From contig RQSC01000026.1 of the NCBI GenBank assembly GCA_013416795.1, positions 383,586-447,585 on the forward strand: a DNA stretch of 64,000 bases, read 5' to 3'. Below the pieces are notes generated by a model, which saw only the letters and a program-made list of their open reading frames with translations, had not been told where the DNA came from and made no database searches. The position numbers were made by a program, and so were the translations under genes. Origin of the DNA: Prasinococcaceae sp. CCMP 1430 (Eukaryota > Plantae > Prasinodermophyta). Positions 11,829 to 21,032 of this stretch are shown piece by piece (position 1 is the stretch's first letter; every line of letters starts with the position of its first letter).

Positions 11829-12848
11829 GTGGACAAGGACACGCTCGACGCGCAGGTTGCCGCCAAGAAGGCCGCTGCAAAAGCCGAAAAGGAACTCAAT
11901 CAGCACTATGGCGCGGTTGCGCTGAGCTTCGACCAGCAGCTCACAATGCTCGAGCAGACGCGCATTGAGGCGAAGAAGGCCATGAACAAGGAGGTCGCCG
12001 CGTACCGCGCCGCCGAGCAGGGACGCCACCTGCGCCGCGAGTACGACCTGTCGGACCCCAAGACGCTGCTCAACGATCGCCCTGCGCGTGTGGGCGACGA
12101 CGACGCGCGCTGCGGCGCGTCGTCGATGCAGCGGTTTGACGGCGAGGACCTCGGCGCGAGCGCGCGAGAGGCTGCACAGATGCGCCAGCAGGCGGAGTGG
12201 GCGCTGCAGCAGATGAGGGAGAAGGAAGCTCGCGCGGCAGCCGAGAAGACCAGCCTGGACACGTACGGCAACCTGCTGCTCATGCAGGAAGCTGCGCAGG
12301 ACGAGTTCGCGGCGAGGGCGGCCGCGCAGCGCAAGGCCGCCGCCAAGGCGACCGCGGACTACGTCGCCGGTCAGATTGCGGAGAGGAAGGCGCGCAAGGA
12401 GGCGGAGCGCGCGGCAGAGCAGTCTGCTAACGCTGCGGAGCAAGAGAGCGTGTCCAACTCGCTCTTCATGACGGAGAACCCCATCACGGGAGTGTCGTCC
12501 CTCTCGGCGACGCGCGTGCGCACCGACCACTGGAAGGGTATGAACGCCGCGCAGATGGCCGACATCCGCGCAGCGCAGGACGCACAGCGCTCTGATCTCG
12601 CGGGGAGGCGCGAGGCGGAGCAGAACGCCGCTGCAGAGTACGCGTCCTACGCCCACTCGATCACCTCGCGGATGTCCATTGCGTCGCAGGAGGTGGAGAT
12701 GCGCAAGCGGCAGGCGCGGTTGGAGATCGCGGCGGCGCAGAGGCAACAGATCGAGGAGAAGAAGCAGCGAGACGAGCACCTCAAGCAGGTGTACACCAAC
12801 AAGCCCGACGACTCCTTCTTCGCACAATTCGGCACCACGCACAGGTAG
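11829..12848 (+). CDS. RIB43A: RIB43A ciliary protofilament-ribbon / microtubule inner protein (N-terminus not located)
   Basis: Motifs VDKDTLDAQV, REYDLSDP, CGASSMQRFDGEDL, TENP, RTDHWKGM and the C-terminal NKPDDSFFAQFGTTHR. The ORF is preceded by an acceptor-like GCTGAA...CACAG. TGTAA at 12909. Confidence 0.9.
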   Translation: MDKDTLDAQVAAKKAAAKAEKELNQHYGAVALSFDQQLTMLEQTRIEAKKAMNKEVAAYRAAEQGRHLRREYDLSDPKTLLNDRPARVGDDDARCGASSMQRFDGEDLGASAREAAQMRQQAEWALQQMREKEARAAAEKTSLDTYGNLLLMQEAAQDEFAARAAAQRKAAAKATADYVAGQIAERKARKEAERAAEQSANAAEQESVSNSLFMTENPITGVSSLSATRVRTDHWKGMNAAQMADIRAAQDAQRSDLAGRREAEQNAAAEYASYAHSITSRMSIASQEVEMRKRQARLEIAAAQRQQIEEKKQRDEHLKQVYTNKPDDSFFAQFGTTHR

Positions 12849-13088
12849 ACGCCTGCGTGCGCACTCTGGTGTGAGGCCTGGACCGACGGCGCGCCAACAG
12901 CCACCTCTTGTAAACAGATACGTAGTCCCCCCGTGCGGCGAGTGCATAGGAGCAGCCGTGGGCCCTCACTGACACGCACACACAGGCGCGTGCGTGCTTG
13001 TGACTCCGGGAGAGTTACACTATAGAATCGCGCGCGAGAGGCTGAATTCACTACGACGCATCGCGGGGTGCGCCGCTCCGCACCATGC

Positions 13089-14698
13089 TCAGATCTCGAG
13101 CAGTCTGACCTCGGCCATAGCCTCGTTGCGGACGGGCGACCACCACAACACCGCGCGCGCTGCGCCGCCTGGCACGACAGCGCAATCGAGTGCAAACGCA
13201 CCATCGATCACGCGGTCGCGGAGCGTGGGGCCGCCCGCGCGCCGGCTGCGCGCGGCCGCGCGCGAATCGAGCCCGACAGTGGCATCCGCACGCAGGCGCA
13301 GGGGTCCAACGAGCTGCTGTGTGGCGCTGAGCGCCAGCGCAGCGCTGCGGGCCCCCTTGGGTTTGGCGTCGACGCCAAGCGCGCTCGATCCGAGGTCCAG
13401 ACGCGCCTGCAGACTCGACCAGTCGCCAAAGAGGCGCTCGAAAGCGCCAAAGTGAGCGCGTACGCGTAGCGACGCGAGGCCCTTGGCGCACGCGGGAAGT
13501 GCGGTCTCGCCGGTACCGAAGTCGCCCAACGCCGGCGGCAGCACGCCCTCTGGCAGCGGCGCGCTCGCAACCGCACCGAGGGTCACCCCCGCCGTCACAC
13601 CTGACGGCGGCACGAGCACGCTGTACGGGACCCGCCTGCGCGCGGAGGGCTTGGGTAGAGAGGAAGGCGCTCTGACGGCGCTCTCAGTCGAGGAAGGGGG
13701 CAAGGCATCCGCCGCGCTCGCGGAGTCCCCCGCGTTGGCGAGCTTTCGCATTGCCTCTGTGTTGGCCTTTGTCTGCGCGGGTGCAGCGCTCGCCATCGCG
13801 GCGGCGCTGGCGCCGGCAGCGGCCTCGCGGGCGGCCTGTGTCTGCGAGGCCGCGCGCGGCTTCGCGCGCCAGAGAGCGGCGTCCGCGTCGCACGCGACCG
13901 CGGCCACCGCGCGCACACCGGGCGTCGCGGTCAGTGCAGACAGGGACGTCAGCCCGTTGCCCCGCGCGGCCGTACTGCCAGTCTCTCCGATCCCACGCAT
14001 CGCGACCACGCCTGCGCAGGCGCTCACCGGCCCCGTGCCTCGCCGCGTGGCCACGCCCGCGCTCAGCACGGCGCCAACGTCGGCGTAGCCACCGCAGCCG
14101 TCCAGCACGCGCATGTTTGACGCGCCCTCCGCATAGAGCTCAGCACGGCCGCCCCCAGCTGCGCGCCGCAGCGCCGCGTGCAGCCGCGGCGTCGGGCGCG
14201 GCGCCGACGACGGCCTGTCTCGCGCGATTGCTGACAGCTCACGCGGCAGCAGTGCCTCGAGAGCAGCGCGTGCGCCGCTCGGCAACCTCAGGCGCGGCAC
14301 GTCGTCGAGCGTCTGAGCCTCGGCAGTTGCGGTGAGGGTTGCACCGCCGGGCAGCGCCCCGCGCAGGCGTGCGGCAAGCGCATAGGCGCCCGAATCCGAG
14401 AGGGACGCGCCCAGCCGCTGCGAGGCGGAGCCTCCCGTGCGCCGCGCGCGGCGCACGACCCTCTGTGCGCGCGCGCGGCCCACGAGTGTCGCCCACCAGC
14501 CCTTCCTGCCCTTGGCGAGAAGGACGCGGTCGAGCACGACGCCCCCGTCGCCTCCGTCGCCGCCCGCGTAAGCGGGCAGGCACGGCAGCCGCGCGACTCC
14601 CTGCAGCAGTACGAGCTGCTGCGGCCTAGAGAGTCCCGACGGTCTGAGCGCCGGCGTGGGCGGCGGCGCCCCCGGCGCGAGGCGGCACGCGCCGCCGC
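13089..14698 (-). CDS. TGD4: TRIGALACTOSYLDIACYLGLYCEROL4-like plastid outer-envelope beta-barrel lipid transporter (start lies in the N-gap)
   Basis: Segments align by eye to plant TGD4: GLSRPQQL; GGVVLDRVLL..WWATLVGRARAQR; HFGAFERLFGDWSSLQARLD; QQLVGPLRLRAD; ARAVLWWSPVRNEAMAEVRLLEI. The frame stays open upstream of the listed ORF as far as the gap. A minus-strand TGTAA is at 13015-13019. Confidence 0.85.
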
Positions 14699-14932
14699 NN
14701 NNNNNNNNNNNNNNNNNNNNNNNNNNNNNNNNNNNNNNNNNNNNNNNNNNNNNNNNNNNNNNNNNNNNNNNNNNNNNNNNNNNNNNNNNNNNNNNNNNNN
14801 NNNNNNNNNNNNNNNNNNNNNNNNNNNNNNNNNNNNNNNNNNNNNNNNNNNNNNNNNNNNNNNNNNNNNNNNNNNNNNNNNNNNNNNNNNNNNNNNNNNN
14901 NNNNNNNNNNNNNNNNNNNNNNNNNNNNNNNN
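14699..14932. other. Assembly gap (N run) between the kinase and TGD4
   Basis: Run of 234 N. Confidence 1.
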
Positions 14933-16100
14933 GCGCGCGGACGCCCTCGCCGCCTCCGCCGCGCTGGGGGCGTCCGCGGACGTGCTGAGGTCGTCGGTGC
15001 GAGCGCTGATGGCGTCGGTGCGAGCGCCGGCGCCGCTGCCGGCGGCGACGCCGTCGGCGACGCTGCTGTCGCTGCTGCGGAGGACGTGGCCCTTCGACGC
15101 GCTGCTGCGCGCGATTGGCGACACCTCACTCTCCTCGATCGCCCGTGACAGGTGGAAATCGCAAATCTTGGCTTCGTGCGCCTCGGTCAGGAGCACGTTG
15201 GCAGGCTTCAGATCCCTGTGCAAGATGCTCTCGGGACTCTGCGCGTGCAGGTGGGTCATGCCGCTCGCCACGCCGGTGGCAATCTTGAGTCGCTCGCGGC
15301 GGGTGACGATGCGCCGCGTGTACTTGCAGAAATTCGCTCTGTCCCTGTGCAGCAATGTATGGAGATCCGTGTGACAATGCTCCCTGTTTGAGCATGCGCA
15401 AGGAGAGGCGGACCGAAGGCGCGAAGTCCTGTCAGCGCCGCGGACGCGAGTCACAGTTCAAAGGAGCGCGCGCGAGGCGGGAGAGTCGCGAGCAAAAGTG
15501 CAAGTCACTGCACGAGCGCCGTCGCAGCGCGTACAAACCGCCATTGAGTCGGGATGGGCGCGCTGCGAGGGGGCCCTGCCCGGCTCCTCATGACACGTAC
15601 ATCACCAACGCGACGTGGTTGTCCTCTTCGCGGTCGCCATCCTCGACGCAAACGCCCATCAGCAAGACGATGTTGGGGTGCCTCACTTGCATGAGGATAT
15701 TCATCTCGGCCTTGAACGCCGCTACCTCTCTTTCGCACTGCTTTCTTCGTTTCGCCACCTCATCGGGACGCCGCGGGCAATCGCCGGAGGCATCGTCGTC
15801 GGCCGCCCGCTGCCCCCACAGAATCGCTTCCATCGCCTTCAGGCGCTTGACTGCCACATCCGTCCCCTCAAAGCGGCCCGTATACACCTCTCCGACGGCG
15901 CCTTCGCCTAGCTTTTTCTTGCCCACGTCGACCTCGCTCCAGGGAATGGAGCGGCAGGGTACGCGATCGATGCCGTCGGATGCCAGCAGTGCCGCCCGGG
16001 CCCCCGTGGCGTCGCTGGTCGAGCCGCCCCCGCCGCCGTGCGGGGCGCCTTCGCCGTGACCACCGGGAGGAGGGCCGCCTGCGGTAGTGGGTTCGTGCAT
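14933..16100 (-). CDS. Tyrosine-kinase-like (Raf/TKL) protein kinase; C-lobe not visible (runs into N-gap)
   Basis: Motifs LGEGAVGEVY, VAVKRL, RHPNIVLLMG, HRDLKPANVLL, KICDFH. Intron 15600-15384 (GTACGT...CAG) restores LVM|EHC. Confidence 0.85.
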
Positions 16101-17880
16101 GCCGCTCGCGCCGCCGGGCGCGCGGCTGTGCGCGGGGCAGGTGTGCTGCCTGCTGTCGCGGCTGACGGGGCGGCCGCTCGAGATTCGCGAGTACGGCGAC
16201 GCGAAGCACGCGCTGGCCGAGGCGCCCGCGGGCTACGACGTGCTCGCGGGGGTCGCCGTGGTGCCCGCCGCCTCGCTCTTCGTGGTCGAAATCAGGAAGG
16301 ACGGCAACCTGGGCTTCCGGAGCGTGGGCGCAGCGGGGCGCATGCTGCAGGCGACCCCGCGCCGTGGCGAGTGCCACCGCGCCGCCAACCACAATTTCGG
16401 CGGCTGGGAGTCGTGGTTTGCCGCGGAAGACGGCACGCTCGTCAACGTCGCGCACCCGCACAAGCAGCTGGCCGCGACCGTGGCGCTCGTCCCGGGAGCG
16501 CTGACCCTGTCGGACCTGCGCGCGCTGGAGAACACGCACGCGCGCTTGGAGCGCGACGCGCGCCTGCGCCTCAAGGCCGTCGAGGACCGCTGCTCGGTCG
16601 AGCAGCGCCGCGTGCGCGAGCTCGAAACGCAGCTCGGCACGATGGGCGCCGAGGAGGATGCCAAGCGCGAAGAGCTGCGGGTTCGCGTGCGCGAGCTCGA
16701 GGCGGCACTCGCGGCGAGCGACAGGAAGCTCAACGACGCGAAGGCCGCGGCGCGCCATCGCGAGGCGAAGGCCGCCGCTGCGGCTGCGGATGCGGAGGAT
16801 GCGCGGTGCCTGCTTCACGAGGCGCAGCGGGAGGCCGCGGCACTGCGCGAGCAGGCCAGCGCCCTGACGGAGGAGCGCGAGGCGATGACCGCGTCGCTGA
16901 TCCACACCAAGGAGGCCGCCGTGCGGGCGCTGAGATGCATCTCAACCCCGAAGAAATCCTCGCCCAGTGCCCGCTCACCCGAGCGCGTCGCGCCGTCCAA
17001 GGGCAAAGGCACCGAGCGCCGCACGCCTTCGACGGTGCTTCTCGATGCCTTCAACTCGCCCGATTCGCCCGTCTCGCCGCCGCAATTGCTCCACACGCGG
17101 CGTGCGCTATCAGACTCGCAGGAACAACGCGAGGAGTACGACCACGACGCGACAGCTCGCGTCCTACTGGCGCCTGGTTCCCCCACGGCCGCGGCCAAGG
17201 CAGCGACGATGACGCGTGACTCTTCGGCGTCCACTCTTGTACCCGACTCCGAGGAGGGTGATAGCTCGCCCGTCGGAGGTAAGGGCAAGCCGAGTGCCGC
17301 CAAGTCTATCTTCGGCAAAAGTGTCTCCGATGTCGGACGCGCCGCTGTGGTGTCTGCCGCAGCAGCTGTCGCCACGGACGACTTTGGAACGCGCAGCGCC
17401 GCTGATGAAATCGCCCTCGCGAGGGCTATGGTCAGTGCCGGATCGTCGCAGCGCCGCCCCTCGCCGGCCGAGGCCGCTGCCGCGGACATTGCGCTCGCAA
17501 AAACGGCGCTGCCTGCCAGGCCAGTCAAACAGCTCAATGAGCTGTGCACGCACATGCTCACCGACCTGCGCGGAGCCACATGGGATGAGGACCCTCTTCT
17601 CGCCAGCTCAAAGTCATCGGACGGCAGCTTCGAGCGCACCCCCTCTGATGGGGATGCCAAAGCGAACGAGCGACGTGCGCCAAAGAAGGGGGCTACCGTT
17701 GCCGCAAAGCCGAGCAGCGCTGCCATCGACAAGCAAGGCGCGCCATCGGGTCGCGGCACCGGCGCGCCGGGCGGCGTCGGCCACGCACCCGCCTCCCGGG
17801 CTACGGCGCCGCAGCAGTCTACGGCGGATGCGCTCTGGGACGTCGATCCGGGCCAGTTCTGCTTCCATGTGTCTCGCTAG
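16099..17880 (+). CDS. Hypothetical protein: N-terminal fascin/beta-trefoil-like domain, coiled coil, Ser/Pro-rich disordered tail
   Basis: Long ORF with host-like codon usage. FVVEIRKDGNLGFRS..GRMLQA..NFGGWESW resembles a beta-trefoil repeat. It is followed by an E/R/A-rich heptad region. Confidence 0.65.
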   Translation: MPLAPPGARLCAGQVCCLLSRLTGRPLEIREYGDAKHALAEAPAGYDVLAGVAVVPAASLFVVEIRKDGNLGFRSVGAAGRMLQATPRRGECHRAANHNFGGWESWFAAEDGTLVNVAHPHKQLAATVALVPGALTLSDLRALENTHARLERDARLRLKAVEDRCSVEQRRVRELETQLGTMGAEEDAKREELRVRVRELEAALAASDRKLNDAKAAARHREAKAAAAAADAEDARCLLHEAQREAAALREQASALTEEREAMTASLIHTKEAAVRALRCISTPKKSSPSARSPERVAPSKGKGTERRTPSTVLLDAFNSPDSPVSPPQLLHTRRALSDSQEQREEYDHDATARVLLAPGSPTAAAKAATMTRDSSASTLVPDSEEGDSSPVGGKGKPSAAKSIFGKSVSDVGRAAVVSAAAAVATDDFGTRSAADEIALARAMVSAGSSQRRPSPAEAAAADIALAKTALPARPVKQLNELCTHMLTDLRGATWDEDPLLASSKSSDGSFERTPSDGDAKANERRAPKKGATVAAKPSSAAIDKQGAPSGRGTGAPGGVGHAPASRATAPQQSTADALWDVDPGQFCFHVSR

Positions 17881-17995
17881 ATAAATTCACTCCTACTCGC
17901 GCGCTCGTCTGTGGCGCCAAGCGCGCGATCAAGCGCGCAAGGCGTGCATCGAGCCGCTCCAAGTGCCTGCACACTCGCCCGCGGCATCTGATGCA

Positions 17996-19051
17996 TTACT
18001 GTGGCCGCACCTCGGCGAGGAACCTGGCAAAGGTGGGCGCGGCACAGAGCGCTGGCGCGTCCGTGAGCTCCCATAGCAGCTTGACCGGGGAGCTCCCGGG
18101 CCAATACCGGTGGCAGCGTACCCGGCCGAGGAAGTGGTACGGCTCTCCGGGCAGACGGCAGAAGAGGAGGGGGGCGGGAGCGGCGTAGCCGTCGTCGCTG
18201 CCGCCACTGCCGTCGCTCCTTTCCCCCGACGCCAGGAGGCGACGCACGAGCGCGGAGTCCTCCTTCACCTTGGACCCTGCGAACCATGTCATGCGGCAGC
18301 GGGTGCGTTCAACCGCGCCAACGTGCTTTGCACCTGCCTCACCGCTAATACCACCCTCAATTTCCTTGGCCTTGTCCGCATCACCCGCACCCTCCTCAGC
18401 CCCTGCGTAGAAGTCGAAGTTGTTGTCGTAGTTCTTCCACCCGCCATCGACGTTGACGAAGAGCGCGTCGACGTTCGTCCACTCCTGCACACCTGAGTAC
18501 TTGTTGAAGCGCACCGCACCGCCCGCGAGCAGCCGCATGACCGCGTCCTTCATCGCCGCTGTACCCTTGGCCGGCGGGATCTGGCGGCCGAGCCATGCGT
18601 CTACGTCGATAGATGCCTTCATAGCACGGCACGACCCTGGCGCTGGTGCAGGCCCTCGCTCTGGCTCGGTGGCGGCGGCGTGCGGCGGCGCCGACCCAGC
18701 GCCCTCCAGTGCCGGGTCGGCGCTCCACGAGGTGTCGGCGACGCGCGCGGGGGCTCGCGCGCGTGACCACTCGCCTCGACCGTCCTCATCGGGCAGCATA
18801 GCATCCATCTCGGCATACGACAGCGTCGGCATATTGGCGAGTCGGCCGCTGCGACGGGTGGGCTCCGCGCGCGGCTTCTTCTGCTTCGAGGCACGTGCTG
18901 CGGTGCTCTTGCGCTTCTTCGGCGCAGCCCCGAACGTGAGCGCACCACGCACTCCCAGCTCGGCCATGCGCTGCGCGTTGCGCTCCACATTGCGCCGCCG
19001 CGCGAGTTCGTACTCGGTCTCGACTCCGCCACCCGCGCCACTCGCCACCAT
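17996..19051 (-). CDS. Putative nuclear protein: CDCA7/B3-type N-terminal helix + NLS + DUF3427 (SRA/PUA-like) domain
   Basis: N-terminus YELARRRNVERNAQRMAELG..PKKRK..PTRRSGRL..SYAE. C-terminus LFVNV..NYDNNF..MTWFAGSK..LLFCR..YHFLG..PVKLLWEL follows the DUF3427 pattern. Confidence 0.7.
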   Translation of the reverse strand: MVASGAGGGVETEYELARRRNVERNAQRMAELGVRGALTFGAAPKKRKSTAARASKQKKPRAEPTRRSGRLANMPTLSYAEMDAMLPDEDGRGEWSRARAPARVADTSWSADPALEGAGSAPPHAAATEPERGPAPAPGSCRAMKASIDVDAWLGRQIPPAKGTAAMKDAVMRLLAGGAVRFNKYSGVQEWTNVDALFVNVDGGWKNYDNNFDFYAGAEEGAGDADKAKEIEGGISGEAGAKHVGAVERTRCRMTWFAGSKVKEDSALVRRLLASGERSDGSGGSDDGYAAPAPLLFCRLPGEPYHFLGRVRCHRYWPGSSPVKLLWELTDAPALCAAPTFARFLAEVRPQ

Positions 19052-19167
19052 CCCCGCTGCTCCTCAAGCTCCCCTTGCGCCCTTTCTCGCGCTGCGGGTG
19101 CTGGGGCGCCTCCGGCGCTGCGCGGGCCGCGGGTGTGCGCGCCCCACGCGCCCGCGTCGAAAGAGCG

Positions 19168-19169
19168 AT

Positions 19170-19224
<55 letters not shown>

Positions 19225-19833
19225 NTTGAACGAAGGGGTAATCGCGGGTCAGCCGTTCGAACCGCAGCGCTGCGCCGCGCCGCTGCCGCGCACGTGCGCG
19301 CCGCGTGGCGCAAGCAGCGCACACGAACGACCTGCGGCCCGGCGTCGCTCGCCGTGTGCCTGCGCGCGCTGGGCGACGCCGAGGCGACGGAGGAGCGAGT
19401 GCTGGCGACGGGTGACGCGGCGGGCGCTGTTGAGGAGGCTGCCGTCCTCAGGACTGGCGTGACGCTCGCGCAGGCGGCGGCGCTCGCACAGGCATCTGGC
19501 CTGGTCGTGCACGGCCACACGCACGCAGACAGCTTTGTGCGGGTGCAAGACGCCGCAGACGCCTTTCGCGCAGAGCTGGCGTTAGAGGGCCGAGCGGTAT
19601 GCTTGAATTACCACATGGGCGTCCTGGGGCAGTCCCCCAACCTACGCGGGCACCTGTCGCCGCTCGGCGGCCTGCACGAGAGCACGGCGTCGGCGTTGGT
19701 GCTGGACGTGTGGCTGGAGGAGACAGAGCCGGTGTGGGCGCCGCTGGAGGCGCTCGTGGCGAGCATGCAAGAGGTGGACGACGCCAGCGGAAAGCCAAGG
19801 GGGTGGCTGGTCCTGGGCATGGCAGATCAGTAG
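19168..19833 (+). CDS. Phytochelatin-synthase-like papain-fold protein, catalytic domain only
   Basis: KQRTRTTCGPASL (Gln, Cys), GHLSPLGG (His), LVLDV (Asp), PVWAPL, SGKPRGWLV. The N-terminus crosses a 51-nt poly-C run and an N, so it is uncertain. Confidence 0.85.
19174..19224. repeat. Poly-C homopolymer (51 nt) ending at a single N
   Basis: Seen directly. Confidence 0.95.
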
Positions 19834-19856
19834 GTAGTTCGAGCGAAAGCGCGCCC

Positions 19857-20912
19857 ATGACGCTCTCGCGCCGCGCGCTGGGCTGTGGCGCCGCTGCAGC
19901 ATCGGCGGCGGCTGCTCTCGTGGCGTTGTCACAGCCGCGCAGCGCGCGCGCAGCGATGCTCACACCTCAGCCGCTTGTGCTGGGCACGTGTTGCCCGTGC
20001 GAGTTGCGTGCCGGCACGGCCGACGAGTTGCTCGACTTGGACGACGACGCGCTGGACTCGTTCTTGCTCGGCGGTGACGGCGCGGTGCAGCCGGCCGTGT
20101 GCGATTTGACCTTCGCGCAGGTGCTGGCCGGCGCGCGAGCGGGTTTCACGGCGTTCGACACGGCAGTACACTACGAGAACGAGGAGTCTGTCGGTGCAGG
20201 CCTTCGCGCCGCGGCCGAGGAGGGCGCGCTGCGGCACGGCGCTGAGGTCATCAGCAAGGTGTGGGTGGACATGATGACGGCAGAGGGCGTGTTACAAAGC
20301 GTGGAGCGGTCCGCTGAGCGCGTCGGTGCAGGCAGCAACGGCGTCTCGCTCTCGATGCTTCTCCACTTCCCGGGCGATCCCCTGGCCTCAGTATCTGCGC
20401 CGGCAGCGAATAGGCGAGCCAGACTCGACGCCTGGCGCGGCATGGAAGAGTGTCTTGAGCGAGGTCTCGTGCAACGAATTGGCGTGGCCAACTTCTCAGA
20501 GCGTCACATGCACGAGCTGCTCGAAAACGCTTCCGTGCCGCCAGCGATCAATCAGGTTGAGTGCCACCCGTTCTGTGCGAACGACTCGCTTCTCAAGCTC
20601 TGCCAGGAGGCAGGCGTGGAGATGCAGGCAGCGTCGCCCTTCGCCCATGGCGATTTCGGCGTGCTGCGCGACAAGCGACTCTCTGAGATCGCTGCCTCGC
20701 GCGGCATCACGGTGGCGCAACTTGTGCTCGCGTGGCTTCTTGAGCGCGGCGTGCGCCCCGTGGTCGGCGCCTCGACTAAGGCTCACCAAGAGGAGGCGCT
20801 CCTGACAACTTCGGTGGCGCTCCCGCTCAAGCTCGATGCTGATGAGGCAGGGGTGATTAAATCTCTCGATCGCGGCGCGCACGTAGGCTTCGACCCACGC
20901 GACATCCCCTGA
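19857..20912 (+). CDS. Aldo-keto reductase with a twin-arginine-like N-terminal signal
   Basis: Catalytic tetrad motifs FDTAVHYENE, ISKVW, LLHFP; also IGVANFS, PAINQVECHP, TVAQLVLAW. The N-terminus reads SRRAL-hydrophobic-ARA. Confidence 0.9.
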   Translation: MTLSRRALGCGAAAASAAAALVALSQPRSARAAMLTPQPLVLGTCCPCELRAGTADELLDLDDDALDSFLLGGDGAVQPAVCDLTFAQVLAGARAGFTAFDTAVHYENEESVGAGLRAAAEEGALRHGAEVISKVWVDMMTAEGVLQSVERSAERVGAGSNGVSLSMLLHFPGDPLASVSAPAANRRARLDAWRGMEECLERGLVQRIGVANFSERHMHELLENASVPPAINQVECHPFCANDSLLKLCQEAGVEMQAASPFAHGDFGVLRDKRLSEIAASRGITVAQLVLAWLLERGVRPVVGASTKAHQEEALLTTSVALPLKLDADEAGVIKSLDRGAHVGFDPRDIP

Positions 20913-21032
20913 CGACGAGGCCGCGCGCTGCGCCTTAACTATCACATCGCTGCCGCCGCTGCTCTCTCTGATAGAGTGCCCTCGGCGCGGCCTCGCCGGC
21001 GATTACGCGTACCAGTATTTATCGTTTCTGTC

